Below, one piece after another: positions 10,216 to 24,555 of a stretch of 64,000 nt of DNA. The position numbers and the translations under genes are program-made. The DNA lies in the NCBI GenBank assembly GCA_048128005.1, contig JBEUKZ010000096.1:496001-560000 (forward strand). Reading direction: 5' to 3'. Each line of letters opens with the position of its first letter. Within the stretch, counting starts at the first letter, position 1. Below the pieces are notes generated by a model, which saw only the letters and a list, made by a program, of their open reading frames with translations, was not told where the DNA came from and did not search any database. Source of the DNA: Veleropilina oligotropha (taxonomy: Eukaryota).

Positions 10216-11382
10216 GTTTCTGGTGCATTTTATAATCATTACATTGGTCTGTTTTTTTCGCACGTGTGTATAAACACCCTTTATGTTTGATCATTCTCGT
10301 CAGGGCCTTGTCATACCACGGCACGGATTTCCTCGTCTTGCTGAGCTTAGAGGGGATATTCCGGTCCATTATGTCATTAATTCCAGTTTTGAAGGTTTCC
10401 CAAAGCTTGCATGTCTACGCTGGTGGCGGGGGATGATCTAGGACAATTTCGCAGCCTCGGTGTGATGTTTAACAATGTTATATTGAAATATTCGGTCTAA
10501 GACACGTTTTAGCAGTTGATCATTCATATCACGAGTTTAAAGTCAAATCTGACGGGGTTTCACACTTTTAATTGTCAAAATATTCCTCCTCTCCATGTAG
10601 TAATATATAAATCGAGATCATTGGTTTCATACAATGGAGGGGGGAGCCTTTTGTTAATGTGAGGGGCTGAAATTTATAAAAATATATTCAACTCTTCGTG
10701 GCCTGCCCCCACGTGGAAGAAACTGTTGACAATTAACTCTTTAACTACCGTACTGGCAGCATTCTTATAGTTCAAACGCGATATATTTGTTACCAACATT
10801 TATGAACCATTTTCACCAACTGTATGAGTAATTATTAAAAATTTCAAAATAAGTGTGTGTGTGGTAGCCCGGGGCCCGCCCCTGTATACCCGATCAGAGA
10901 TGCATCTCGGAGGTGCAAATGACCCTTTGTGAAATAAAACAAATATTTGTTCATACGTATGTTAATAAAAATTATTAAGTTTGCACAGTGCCAGAATCTA
11001 GGAAAGCGGGTTTCACACCGTTAATTTTAAAAATTAAATAATATATTTTGCGAATGTTGGACACCCCTTTCGAAATCCGTGGATGATGATCTGCACCTAC
11101 AATACATTCAAAACTTTGCAGAATTGTCAGCTACGGAGACCTTTTGGTGACTTGCATAACACTTTGTTCTAGCAAACACTTATATTTCGTGAACACGAGA
11201 TAACTAATACGTGCGCACTACTTAATTAGTTAATCAGGCGTACGATTGAGGTTTCGACTAATTGAGACACGAGTAGACTGAAAAATTGTTGAAATGTTGT
11301 AAATTTCAAGTGATTCAAGTTATATCCCATTGGTCCTAACTCCTTGGAGGGAGAAAAAAACATGGTTGAACATGCATATGCC

Positions 11383-11610
11383 AGCGGGCTGCATCAATAG
11401 TCTAGTGTAAAAGATTATCACTGGCTGCACTCTCAATTCACTCGCTTGTTTAACAGGAGTGGGTTTGAATCCTGGTTTGGGCAAATTCTTCAGTTCGCAG
11501 TCCCAGTTGTCCGTAATCGAATGGTGAAGGCCGCCTTTACTCTCACGATAATATGTCCTGATATCAGCCTGAAGCTTGTTAAATGCGAGTCATTAACCAT
11601 CGATCGAAAC
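11383..11610 (+). mobile_element. Degenerate tRNA-derived SINE (family of 39178-39445)
   Basis: B-box-like gggtttgaatcc; cagttgtccg..atcg and ctcacgataat are shared with the 39178 copy. Confidence 0.55.
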
Positions 11611-11723
11611 CAAATCAAAACCGCTGGCTACTAGTGCCGAGTCATGAGAGTGAGTGCCAACCCTGAATTAGAATATTGTATATACAAACCTCAATATCTG
11701 TTTACAAATCGTTTTCTGTTATA

Positions 11724-12111
11724 CAAGGTGTTTCAAAAGTGTATGTCACATTCTAAGTACTCATATCTCTGGAACTACAAATGGTAGCAGAATGAAACTG
11801 GTACCATTTTAAAGCTGAAGGCATGAAGACTCGAATAACTGAAGCCTTGGCTACTGTCGACCACGATATGCTTGTGCGCGTTTGGCAAGAAATGGACTAT
11901 CGTTTGGATGTGTGCCGTGTAACCGACGGCGCACACATTGAACATCTCTAAAATTGTTAATAAAACCTTTATTTCTTGGACTTTTGTTTTCAAATTTTGT
12001 ACTTGAAACTTAAGAATATTATCTTTCATAAGACATAAGTAGTGTTTTTATATCTTCATTAATAATAGATATGAAGAGTCCATATGTGACATATACTTTT
12101 GAAACACCCTG
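11724..12111 (+). mobile_element. Internally deleted Tc1/mariner (maT/DD37D-like) element
   Basis: ~29-bp TIRs (caaggtgtttcaaaagtgtatgtcacat / atgtgacatatacttttgaaacaccctg), TA flanks, residual C terminus MKTRITEALATVDHDMLVRVWQEMDYRLDVCRVTDGAHIEHL* ending 11951. Confidence 0.9.
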
Positions 12112-12259
12112 TATAATGAATTATTGTTATTCATTCAACAGTTCTTAATCTCTGAATGTCGATGGACGTCGACATCTTCACGAATGGACCCTGATCGCAT
12201 GCAAACCAATGTTAAGATAACAAGAATTAACCAAGAAATGGAACATTATATTGAATGCA

Positions 12260-12371
12260 ATGCCTGATTTTGAAAAATCACAGAAAATGGTGCGCGTCTA
12301 CAACTACCGAAGAGATTCACCATTGACGCAGGATGACAGCAAGTATGGGAGTCTCCTGAAAGCTCTGTCAG
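12260..12371 (+). CDS. Candidate alternative first coding exon of the transglutaminase (exon 12142-12371)
   Basis: ttcattcaacAG acceptor, ATG 12260, 37 codons + 1 nt, CAG|GTAAGG donor in phase 1, matching exon 33458. Confidence 0.45.
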
Positions 12372-12469
12372 GTAAGGGGAGATAATTAGTGTAGCCAGAT
12401 AAATCGCTATTCGCATTTTTATACTCTACTCCAGTTCAGATGAGTAACTTACTAAGAATACACCCTACT

Positions 12470-12898
12470 CAGGCGCGGATCCAGGAATGTTGCTGAGGGG
12501 GGGGCGCTGAATTTACTATGAACTGTCCCGCCCCCACGCGAAAGAAAATTTTGACAATCAACAGCCTGAAACCCCCTCTCCTGCACTCTGACAGGGCAAA
12601 AGCGATATTTCTTACCAACATTTATTAACAATTTTCACAATAATGTATGAGTATTGTTTCACAATCTAACACATTTCTGCTGCAAATTTTGACAATTAAC
12701 GGTGTGAAATCCCCCCTCCTGCATTATTACATTGCAAAAGCTAATAGTAATACAATTCAACTTTAGTATTTTGGGGTAGGCCTATTTATAATGTTCTGAA
12801 AGTCATTTGTATCAGATTATACATATTATTTTAGTATGCTTGACCAGCTTTAGGGGGGCGCGCGCTGGGTTCGCCCCCCCCCCTTGGATCCGCGCCTG
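12470..12898. mobile_element. hAT-like MITE with 5-bp TSD (CTACT)
   Basis: TIRs caggcgcggatcca / tggatccgcgcctg; ctact on both flanks. Confidence 0.85.
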
Positions 12899-15701
12899 CT
12901 ACTATACTGATACATCAGCAACTGCATTAACATAGTTGTCCGTAGCTTTCCTCCAGCAATGATATGAACATGTCCAGCCTTGAACCTGAAGGTGGAAAAT
13001 ATACAAGACATTAAGCGTCGAGATCCAATTCAAACTGCATTAGCAAAATTGGCATATCACCATTCTATATTTCAAAGAAAAGTGATTCTGACTGTTCGTT
13101 CACCGTTCTAGTTCATCAAATCAAAAGTGATGTCGTGCCATGTCTGTAAGGTTTTTGACTAAAGTAGGCTTGTATTAGTCATAATGTTTACTTTAATTAA
13201 CGATATCGTGTCTTTGCGTAGGTGAGTGATTTGTCATGCATCAGTCTCCAATATTACTTGATATATACTGTATATCATTTTTCTGTTTAAATGATCTCCA
13301 TGTAGCAGGAAATGCAACTTTGTTTCGCTGTGCGTTCAATTCCCTGCAACTGTCGGCATGATGCCATCCATTTCGCACAGAATCGATTTATCCTACCATT
13401 CAGCCATTTGCTTGCTGACCAGATTTACAATTTGTTGGTGTATATATTTGTTAAATGGCATTTTAACACAGTCAATGCATCTTAGGATAAGTAATACCAC
13501 TCAGTCTATTTATATGCTAATATAAGATCATTCATTCAAATTTAACATGGAGCTTTCATCAGTTGAGGTGGCGAAGTTGCTATGATTCTTGATTCCGAAC
13601 CAAAGGAGCTCGTTCATCGTTAGTCGACTTGTTGGTTTCGACGAGTTTATTAATTGCGAAACCACGTTGTCGGTACAACAATTGTCAAAGTTGTACATCT
13701 TTAAGAGCTCTATCTGTAAATATGTGATTCTACAGTGAAATAGTAATATTTGCATATGTCCACAATGGTAGTGTAACTGTGTTACTGTAATGATGGCTTC
13801 CAATCCACTCGCCTGACAGCACTTATTAACAAAAGTGGGTTCAAGTCAATGGCTGTGCACTAAATTGTTCAAATAACAGTTGCAGTGGTAATATAGACAT
13901 CATCTCAGTGTCCTAATATGACTCTCAAGAGTGTAAAAACACGAAAAAAAATTGTTCGCGCAAAATAAACTGTCGATTATCATAACTTTCATATTTATAT
14001 TAAAATTATCATTATTCTGGATATTACATCCTTTTATTCTAAAATTTACTGGTTGTTTGTTTACCTTTTATTATTTCGAACATTCGTTATTCAAGGCCAA
14101 GATGGCCTTCACAGACTTTTTGCGACATGACTTTAGGACAAATTTTCGAACGAACGTTTTATCATTTACATTACTGTGACTTTTAAAGAGTTCTCACTAA
14201 GGTAAAACTCGTGTCTGGTGATATTCAACTGCAGCTTGAGTGTTGCATGTGATATTTAGCTGCAGCTAACTTTTGGTACGATTGTATTCTGACATGATAA
14301 TATCAACATAGAATTAAGATTATTTATTTGTGTGAATGCATTTTATTAAATTATTTAAAGCATTTTTTCACATTTGAGTGGAATCGCTTACTGTTATAAT
14401 ATTTTTCATTAAAATTGTATTAAAATAACAAATCAATTTAAAACATTATTTTTGCGTAATCCAAAATTATTTGAAATACATGTACTTGCAAAAAGGTTAT
14501 GCAAGATAAATTTACGTAATCAAAAATTGGGTTACACCCGTCTCCAGTAAAAAAGACGTAGCTCAATATTATTTAGTTATGCAAATATTTCAATCATCGT
14601 GACCCGCATATGACATCATGCATCAACATGGTTGGTTTAATTCATGTGATGTTGCTATTTAATTACATAGATGATAGTGACTACAAATACATAATGACAT
14701 CGTGTAATAGCAACTTTAATTAAATTATACCAACCCTGTTGATGCATGATATCATATTTTGTCCTAAATAATTAAATGGAAAGTCTCCAACGGCGACAAG
14801 ACATCATACTGACAGTAGAAAACTGCTTCCCTTCTGTTCATTGTATTATACTATAACTTATATTATAATATAAGAATGAAATATTATATTGCATGACTTT
14901 ATTTTCAACAGGTATAACCTTTGGTACATTTTAGTGATGTGGTGACAGGCTGAGCAATACTGTACCACAACCTAGAAACATTTCCCCTGTGCATATTATA
15001 CAAAATGCATCATAAATTTTTCTCAGGCCACGTATAGTATATACAGTATCACTTCAGATTTCAGTGTATGGAGGACACATTCTGATTTCAGTTATTTCTC
15101 ATTGTTGATTGATTGCAATTTTAAAGCGAGTCGTATATCCCTGCTGAGCACTCAAGGTCGTTCTCTGTGATAGGTGTTTGAAGGTGCATTCTTTATAGCG
15201 TTCCACACTTTGTTGTCAGCGTGCAGTCATTCAAGTTTGCAAACAGGCACTGATCTAAGGCTCAGTAAGTACTTAACCATTATATGCAACTATTTTGAAA
15301 TATTGTTTTAGCTCGATGTACAATTTGAAATCAGGGGATAAATAAGTTGGTGTGTATTATTATTAAATATAATATATTATTATTTAAATTTCATTTTATT
15401 TGCATATAAATGTGACATTTTTGCAATGTCTATAGATACAGATACATAATTTTACAATTTCAACATTTGATTACTAGCTGTTATCAATTTAAAAACTAAT
15501 TAATATGAAGATACTGATGATGTTGAATTGATGTTTAACGACCACGCCAACAGTGTTTCAGTTATGAATCATGTCAATCAATTTTGAATGAATTATGAGA
15601 TGAACTGGTGCTGTACACGTGCAATGGAGGCAGCGAGCAAGGGAAAAATCCCCGGCACTCCCTGGGTTTGATCCCAAGATCTTTGGTTTACACGAGTACT
15701 A

Positions 15702-16327
15702 CAGGGGTCAAAATTATCAGTGGCCCGGTGGCCCGAGACTACCAAGTAGATTGCATTTATATATAACAAGGGAGTTTATTTAGTGTGACGACTACAGTTA
15801 CAACATATTTTTAATTTACAAAATGGAATTATATTAATTTTTTTTTGGTGAAAGCCGATTGCGAAATTAAACTTGTGTGAAAACGGTGAAAACTTGGCTG
15901 CATATTCTAAAAGAAATGTGATGCAAATGAACAGGACAGTCATCAAACCAATCTCAGTGTGATGGGTCACAGCTAACATTATAATGAAAATCACCTTATA
16001 AGCCAATGAAAGTATATTTTTTGACAAAGCCAATGTCGTTTCATTTACCATATGAGTCAAATTGGCTCTACTCACCATTTTCAGGAAAGTAAATTATTAC
16101 TAAATTCCTTCATTCTACAAACTATTAGCTATGGTGTTACTCTGTCTTCAAGTGTGTCACCTTTGCTACAAGTACTTGTACCATCAGCCTACAATATGTG
16201 TAACAGTGTTGCAACATTATTATATAACAATAGATTTTGGTGGCAATTAAAGTTTGGTCGGGCCACCAGATTTCTGGACCTGGTTGCCCTGCGGACCACC
16301 AATCAAAAAAGTTAATTTCTACCCCTG
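15702..16327. mobile_element. hAT-like MITE inserted in a minus-strand SINE relic (~15515-16370)
   Basis: TIRs caggggtcaaaatta / taatttctacccctg; imperfect flank duplication (agtacta/gttacta). Confidence 0.65.
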
Positions 16328-18583
16328 GTTACTAAATTGTAGACCTGACCAGCACCGTATCCACTCAGCCTTGCTTGCCACTCCTTGTAATATGAAGATA
16401 TTTAAAATACATGAAATAGTTCTTTTTCAATATCTTTTCTCAGGGTTAGTTATCAATGTCATTATACTTATGTATATTATATACGTATGACAATAAATAA
16501 TTGGTTATTTGTGCACCAGCCCCATTATATATGCTTAAATGTGTGTGGACTTAATTATGACCAAGGGTGTAACATGGATCTAAAATTCTTGCTACTTAGG
16601 TTAGCTGATTATATCGCGTGGTTCAATGAGATTCACAGATCATTTGTCACAAAATTAGGTATTGGTTTTTTACCTCATGCAAAAAACAAATGCGGGCGAT
16701 ATTGTAATGCACGCCTTGCGTCAGCATCGAGTGGATTCAAATCTTTGTCTGAAGAAACTAACAGTCACATTCGTCTATATTTGGTTGGTGCTGACATGTA
16801 TTCCTAGGCAACCTGGCTTTAGTCCTGACGTATTGAAATCATACAACCAAAGTGACCCATACAACCTTTGTTAAATGAATATTAAATGGTCTTTATTTCT
16901 GCTTTCATCTGTACAGTTTACACTGTCACGATTTTATTTTCAAATATTGACTCGCTTACCATTATTTATATGAATTTACATAACATATGCTTTTGTGTAA
17001 GTAAAACGTGCATGAATTGTACCTGTCATTCATGTGTGGGTGTATAGCTCATTGATTTATTTTATTACTTTCATCAATGTCAAGTCAGAGTATTTGATCT
17101 TTTCAATGGCTACCATTTTCTTTGTCCATAAAAATCTTGACCTGTGGTGCCGATTTCAGTATAAATGCATTGTCCTCACTCGTTTGCAACGGCAAGAAGA
17201 TGCCATACCGACAATAGAACACTGCTTCTAGTCGATTCTCCACACATTGTCCTGAAATTAACAGACATTTGACACCAGGATCGTCACCACGAATTAAGTG
17301 TATGTCAACGGAACTTCAAAGCATATACACGGTTGATTTCACGCAAGATTTTAACACAAAAATTTATAATAAACAAGTTCCCCTTGGTCTCCGATTTGAC
17401 ACCTGATAATGCAGTAGTGATTTGTATAAGAGGGACAGAGCAGTAAAATTAAAGATAACAGTGGTCAAGACTTTTTATGACTGAAAATTAAAGGATCCAC
17501 ATAATAGTTAATGCATCCATTAATATCAAATGACAGGATCGAACTTGATAAGTGAAATAAGTATGAATTTGGTTCCAACTTGTGAATTTCAGTCAAATTT
17601 TTGTGGAAATAGGAATATGGCCACGCCCCAGAGATGGAGACGGCTCATAGTGACCATTTGCATTTAAATTTCAAAATAATATGGTTTGAAGTAAAAGAAA
17701 AATGTGTTTTTTCCTGGTTATGAGTAATAGAAATACAGTCTGCTAGCCCGAGCGATATATGCACATAACAGGCCAAGCGAGAGCGAGGCTTGTTATGTGT
17801 AGATCACAAAGGGGTGGCAGCTGTATTATCTGTTATACACACCATGGAAATCTATTTTAATTTGCAAGCTGTCACCCCTTAAAACACCAAGTTGCATAGC
17901 TCATCATTATAATCATTCTCTAGGGCCTGTTATTAGAGTAGACTCTTCCTTTGGTTGCTTGCCAAATCCTTTGTTACTGTCCATCTAATGTACAGCGACT
18001 TGAATTAACACATTGTTAGCTTGGTTACTGGAACAATGGATAACTAAGACTAGGAAGGCTATTGTTCAAATAACCAATCCCATGGTGTGTATTTGTTTTG
18101 AACTTGCGTCCATTAAAGACTTCGTCGTCTGCAAATGCATTCATTCACTAAATTGAACAGCAAAGATGACCTGGACCTACATTATTCGTAATTTGCATAC
18201 ACATGGGATACCTTCATTCCTTTCCGAAGTTTGCAAATATGCCAAGGCACAACAATTTGAATTTGAATCAAGCAACATGCAGAAGATACGATTTAATATA
18301 AATAGTTGTTTCTGAAAGAATTATTGCCAATACATGAAGAGAGCACTTTGACTCGCCACTTGAAATTTTTGTTGGTACCAAAACTTGTGGGGAAATACCA
18401 CCCCCTCCTCCCCCCCTTCGAGCAAGAGAGGCCATAAGGGGGATTAAATTTATAATGTGATTTATCTTTTCCACTAATGACCTTCATCGGTCCAGACTGC
18501 TCCTTCAAAGTTGTCGAACAGATTTCATCATAACTTCATATGTATACACGTTTTCAATTTTGCTGAGTGTATATATAGACATA

Positions 18584-20127
18584 TACACTCAGCAAAATTG
18601 AAAACTTGACACTTCTTAAATTTGATGTATTTTTTTGTTCTAAATCTGCTAGTGTACATAAATTTGTAAATTATTCTAAGAAAATAAGCCATCTAACACA
18701 TTGACGAAGAAAAAGTGTTTTTTAATCAGTGATTTTTCAGACACAGTTGTTTGAATTGACACACCCTCAAAATGAAGTTAACACAACCATGAATTAAAGA
18801 TTTGAAGAACGTCAATAGCGATTATGACCACCACGAGCGTCCATTACTGCTACACATCATCTCCTCATGGACTGCAGAACACGTCTGAACACTCTAACCG
18901 GAAGTCGGCGCCATTGGTGGATCAGATCCCTGCCAAGTTCCGGAAGTGTCTGTGGCTGTACCCGCTGCCTTCTCAACCTTCTGCCAAGCTCATCCCAGAT
19001 GTGTTCAATGGGGTTAACATCTGGAGAAAGTGATGGCCATTCCATGACGTCAACATTTGCAGCTTGAAGCAGGTTACGTGTCAGTGTTGCAGTGTGCGGC
19101 GTAGCATTGTCATGTTGAAATGTGAGGCCAGGACCATGGTGTCTGTAGAAGGGCAACAAAACTGGATTGAGGACCTGATCCCTGTACTGTGCTGCCGTCA
19201 GATTTCCTTGGATGACAATCAAGGGTGTTCTGGCATTAGCTGTGAATGCTCCCCAAACCATGACACTGCCACCTGCAAACCTGTCAATCCCCCTGACACA
19301 AGCTGAGGCATACCGCTCCCTTCTCCTACGCCACACCCTAACACGTCCATTAGCAAATCTGAGTGTGAAAGGAGACTCGTCACTAAAGATGACTCTGTTC
19401 CACTGTCTCTGGGTGAATCCGAGGTGTTCTCGAGCCCATGCAACCCGCTGACGTCGAATCATGGAGTGGAGTCAATATCGATCCTGTATACGGTCTTCTC
19501 TCTCGATGGCCAGCAGCTCTAAGACGGTTTCTGATGGTCTGGGGTGTGTCACACAACATTGAAAGATTAATTACTGGGTGATATTGCCATCACGAAACGA
19601 TTCTGAAGATGACGTAACCGGATTTGTTGGTCTTCATTTGGAGTTGTAACACGTCGGGCACCTGGATGTGGGCTGTCTGCTGTGGTTCCAGTTCCTTGGA
19701 GATGTGTTCTCAGATTGTGGATCGTCTGTCGACTGCATCCAAATATTCGCGCAACTTCCGCCACAGACTGTCCAGCCCCTAACCTGCCGATGGTGCGCTC
19801 CCTGTCCTGACATGAAAGATGCGGCATTGATTAATTTCTCAGTAAAACTTTCTTTACGTTTTTCGGGAGAAACACTATCGAAACGATGCAATGACTGTCT
19901 CTTTAGGAAGAAATGATGTACAGTAGCAATTTCAGGGCGGAAATTGACATTTCTTGAAAATTTCGTCCTGCACGTGCATTTCAAGAACAATCTGATCAAG
20001 ATTCACTATTTTCAAACGGTTGTGTCATGGTCAGCAATGTTATGTTATTGATTTTCACATATTTTAAATTTTTCCAATTTTATTTTTAAAAAAACATGTG
20101 TCAAGTTTTCATTTTGGCTTATAAGTA
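18584..20127 (-). mobile_element. Tc1 (DD34E) DNA transposon, full length, defective
   Basis: TIRs tacactcagcaaaattgaaaacttgacac / gtgtcaagttttcattttggcttataagta with TA flanks, enclosing the transposase relic. Confidence 0.92.
18812..19827 (-). pseudogene. Tc1 transposase pseudogene
   Basis: HTH N terminus (19567-19827); FSDES, FQHDNA and SPDVNPIE with 34 residues between D and E; disrupted near 19460-19570 and by a stop at 18857 before CVAVMDARGGHNRY*. Confidence 0.93.
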
Positions 20128-21100
20128 TATATAATCACCATACTGCAGTTCAGAGCCCTTACAATGAAGTTTTCCTGAATGACCTTGCAATTGTTTGCTG
20201 GCGGGGGAGGGGGGTGGGTACTAGTTATACCCTGGATAGCAGTACTAGTTGTACCTGTTATCACGTGTGGGTGTAACTTCATCGATTTATAATATTTGTA
20301 CTTTCTTAAATGTCATGTAAGTGTGCTTTCAAGATATTTTCAATGGCTTCTCTTTTCTTTGTTTGCATAAATCTTGACTTGTTGTCATGCTTTTAGTGTG
20401 TATGCACGCTGATTACTCTTACGGCGATAAGAATTCATGTCAACAGGAAACTATGCTGACATAACTTGCGATCTCAAATGTTTTATCTGCAGAAATATAT
20501 CTGGTTACATATTGTAAATGTGAGCGTGATGCATACGGCATGTATTCTTTGACGTTTGTGAGTAAAAATAGGGAAGTTTCAAGAGCACCCTCACCAAAGA
20601 ATCGCCCTTAAACGGAAACTCGTAAATCACCTGTTATCAACTTTTTTGCTGCACTTGGCATAAATGACAATCACATCAATTGATTCTTGGAATAGTGTAT
20701 CGTCAACAATCTTGTCATATTACCTAGGTAATTAATTGTTATACAGGTGTATATATATATATACACCAATTCCAATCGCACCACATTCACATAATAAAAT
20801 TTACAGGAACTGGATTGCATCGTTGATTGAGGTAAGGTAACTTGGTACCTGAACTATGGACAGGGGTGTTGTATTGGCAGCATAACTGACTGCACCTTAT
20901 ACTGATGAGTCAGGTTGGTTGTACCAGGGTTTATTTCACAATGTTAGGCAATTTATGTCTTCAAACTGACCAAGGCTATTTACATTGAACATTATTGGTG
21001 ATTGAATATATGTATAGCTTTCTTTGAGGAATACTTCTTGTGTATTCAATTGCACTGCATGGCATTTATTTTAATCGTATTTAAACCAAAAAATGGCTTT

Positions 21101-21926
21101 TTATCCCCCGCCCGAAGGTAGCGGGGATATTGTTGCCATGTCCGTTCGTCCGGGCATCCATCCGTACGTCCGTAAACAATTTGGTTAAAGTTTCGAATTG
21201 AGTGTATATATCTTGCCCATGATACTTGTTGGTATATATTTGCTTTTGTAGGCATTATATGGATGACAACTGGTACTCTGGAAGTGAGATTGAATAAAAT
21301 GTAATATAATTATTGCATAAATATAGGTGTGTTTGAACATAGAAATTTTGGTTAAAGTTTCTGGTTAAAGTTTTTCATTGAGTGTATAATGTTTTGTTGA
21401 AACAACATTTTGGTGTATATATAGGTATATGCTTTGGTATTGATAATATGAATGTCAACTGATACTATGGAAGTGATGCTGAATTAAATTTAATATAATT
21501 ATTGCATAAAAATAGGTGTTTGTGGACCTATAAAGTTTGGTTAAAGTTTTTTTGAAATTTGTCAATGGGCATATGGGTTTTTCTAGGCACTGTTTTACAT
21601 CCATATACTGTAGTGTTGACTATATTGATGCTGTTCCCTCATCTGCAAGTGATGTATAATATAAATAACATGTGAAATTAGGGTTTGTGGACATAGAAAT
21701 TTTTGTTAAAGTTGAGTGAATTTCCGTTCTGTTTCATTATTGCATACATATTCTTTGGTGATGATTATATTGATACCACCTTTTACTCTACCAATGATAT
21801 TGAATATTATTTTGTATAAATATTGAAGAAACTTGATGTGTTGGGACATAGAAATTTTTGTTAAAGTTTATATCAGATTGAATGCGGAAGGCGGAGAATG
21901 AATCTGTTTTCTAACGGGCTCTTGTT
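21101..21926 (+). mobile_element. Helentron-associated (HINE-like) element with ~170-190-bp internal repeats
   Basis: T-run start, atcccccg..cggggat hairpin, (cgtc)n microsatellite, repeated tttggttaaagtt units; partial copy at ~25460-25702 and a relative at 63692. Confidence 0.75.
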
Positions 21927-22670
21927 ATATTTGGTTACAACTCGTATACCATCAGGCCTTGCCTAAGTTCAAAGAAGTGGTCACTGGGTCAAAGGTCAAG
22001 GTCATTTTTGTGTATTTCCGTTCTTGACTTGGAAGATTGCTTTCTGTCACATAGAATACAAACCGCTAGACCTACACCTTTCATATTTGGTAGACACCTC
22101 GGCTTGTGTAGCATCAGGCCTTGTTAAAAGATGGGATCAAAGGTCAAGGTCATATGAACTATTGTAAAATATATACTTTCTTACAGTTACTATGAAATTA
22201 TTATAGAGTTATTGATTATATAATCTCTATGGAATTGGATGTATTATATACTAGTATACAAAAGGCGGGCCGGTATGAGGTTCATACCTCTAGTTATTAT
22301 AATGCGTCAATCTTATGAACACTTCAGTTAATATTATGGATACATGCATACAATATCGCAAGGATCATTGCCAGTGAGTGCTGGTTTTCCCATGCAACCG
22401 AGCTTTTGTCCCTCGATAATATGGAAATATTTAATTAATGTCCTTGTATAAACCTAAAGAACTAGGCATTCTTATTATGTGTCGATCTAAATCTTATGAA
22501 CACTTCATTCTTGATAGCTAATATTACATGTATTATGTATTCATGCAATAGCGCAATGATCATTGCACTCAAGTAGTTAGCAAGTCGGCACTGTAACTTC
22601 AATTACCAAATTTTCAGTGTTAAATGAATTTCCTAATTGCTTCCCCGCTCACAAACTCGAGCTATATACT

Positions 22671-24555
22671 CAGGGCCGTAGCCGGGCGGGGGGGGGGGGG
22701 GGGGGGTTGGTTCGGTCGAACCCCCCCTTGCCACTGGATTGCCCTTAAAGTCAAATTCAATATTTTTTACAGTGGCTCCTTTTCAATTATCAAATATGTA
22801 TTTTTTAAGCGCTGATTAACGTTAATTGCTACAATTTTCTTCATGGGGCGCATCGCTGATAGTAATGTAAAATTGAGCCCCCTTACCCCCGAAATGAAAA
22901 TCTACTAGGCGTACACGGCACTGTGACATGTAGGGTCATGACAGGATACATGTACATATTCTTGGCAAGCGTACATGGGCGTTTACAGGGGGAGGCAAGA
23001 TATACGCCTACACATGTTATGAAAATGGTGCATATATATAATTTATCACATGACAAACCTGTTATGGAACTGCAGAGGCCGTTCCATAAATCTATATACG
23101 AAAAGACACGTTCCGTAAGTATGCAAATGAGGGTGAGCATGATGGCCGACCATCGCATCTGGCGCCAAGTTGATTAGGCGTCGAATCACCCTCATTAGCA
23201 GCCGTGGTACAGTGGTAGATGCACTGGCCTCTCACTCGAGAGGTTTGGGGTTCAACCCCGATCCCGGTGACTTCCCTTGGGCAAGGAATTAAAGCATATA
23301 TTGCCTCGGTTCACCCAGCCGATCTGAGATCTAAATGGGTACCTGGTTGGCAGTGGCAGAATATGTCAGAATGACTGGTCAAGCGCCTAACAGGCATGTA
23401 CTTGACCGTAATACTCTCATAGAGAGTTGAGAAGGAATATGAATGAACAGGCCAATAACTAGGGGAATAATAATGTAAGCGCTTTGAGCACGCATTTCAT
23501 ATGTGTGGGAAAGCGCAGATAAATCTTCACATTATTATTATTATTAACATAATGAATAATTCATACGCGTTCACTCGGCGATTATTGACTTTGAACTATT
23601 TTTATTGGCGTGGCGCGTGCTGTCGAGGCGTGAAGCCTCTGGGTCAGGCCGTTTAATGACTGAAATTAATGACAGAAATTAGTTTTAAAACGTAAAGAAA
23701 TGTGTTTAAAACCGCAATAAAATAAGTTTAAAGGTAAATAAAGTCATGTGATAAAGAAGATATGAAACTTGTGTCCATTTCATATGAGAATTATGAAACT
23801 TGTCAGCAAATTTGTGTACCTCGCCAAGGCTCGTTACATAAATTGTGCCCGACTCGTTTTATAATTCTCATATGGAATGGACACTCGTTCGATATCCTCT
23901 ATATATTTATGACTGGCTACAAACATCGTATTTACAGCTTAAAAACGCAGGAAAAGCTGTTTCATAGTTTTCAATATTACAAATTTCTTGTGCGTTAAAA
24001 ACACATCATTTACATCCTAAGAATGCAAGAGAAGCTGTTTCACAGTTTTAAATACCAAAATTTTCTTGCGCGTGGGGATTAGGTCTCACGCACTCCGTTG
24101 ATAGTAATATGAAAACATCGCATTTGCAACATCAGATAAAGGAGAAGCTGTTCCACAGTTTTAAATACTAAAATGTTCTTGAGCGTGTGATTCCAACCCC
24201 ACGCACATAGTTGATAGTAATCTAAAAACATCGCATTTGCAACATCAAGTTGCAGGAGAAGTTATTCCACAGAAATTTTCTGGGGCGTGGGGCCCCAACC
24301 CTTGCCCAAGACCCAACCCCATGCACATCGTTGATAGTAATCGTATTTGCAGCTTCAGAATGCAGGAGGTGTTTCACAGCTTTAAATACTAAAATTTTCT
24401 TGAGCGTGGGCCATATCCCCACGCACACCGTCTAGCAACAAAATTCAATTACCTTTTTTATGCTTACTTCAGGCACTTGGTAAAATTGATGGCCAATTAT
24501 GCCCCCAGCAAGGTATATTCGACCCCCCCTTCACAAAATCCTGGCTATGGCCCTG
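22671..24555. mobile_element. hAT-like non-autonomous element with 5-bp TSD (ATACT), holding a SINE and ~110-bp tandem repeats (23920-24440)
   Basis: TIRs cagggccgtagcc / ggctatggccctg; atact on both flanks. Confidence 0.85.
23198..23546 (+). mobile_element. Intact tRNA-derived CORE-type SINE
   Basis: A/B boxes (tggtacagtgg, ggttcaacccc), CORE-like cccttgggcaagg..tgcctc..aaatgggtacc, (att)n tail; reference for the split copies at 41806 and 44030. Confidence 0.88.

Noticed and set aside
20900..20935. CTGATGAG, a hammerhead ribozyme core start
   Set aside because: No stem II followed by GAAA, and no flanking helices.
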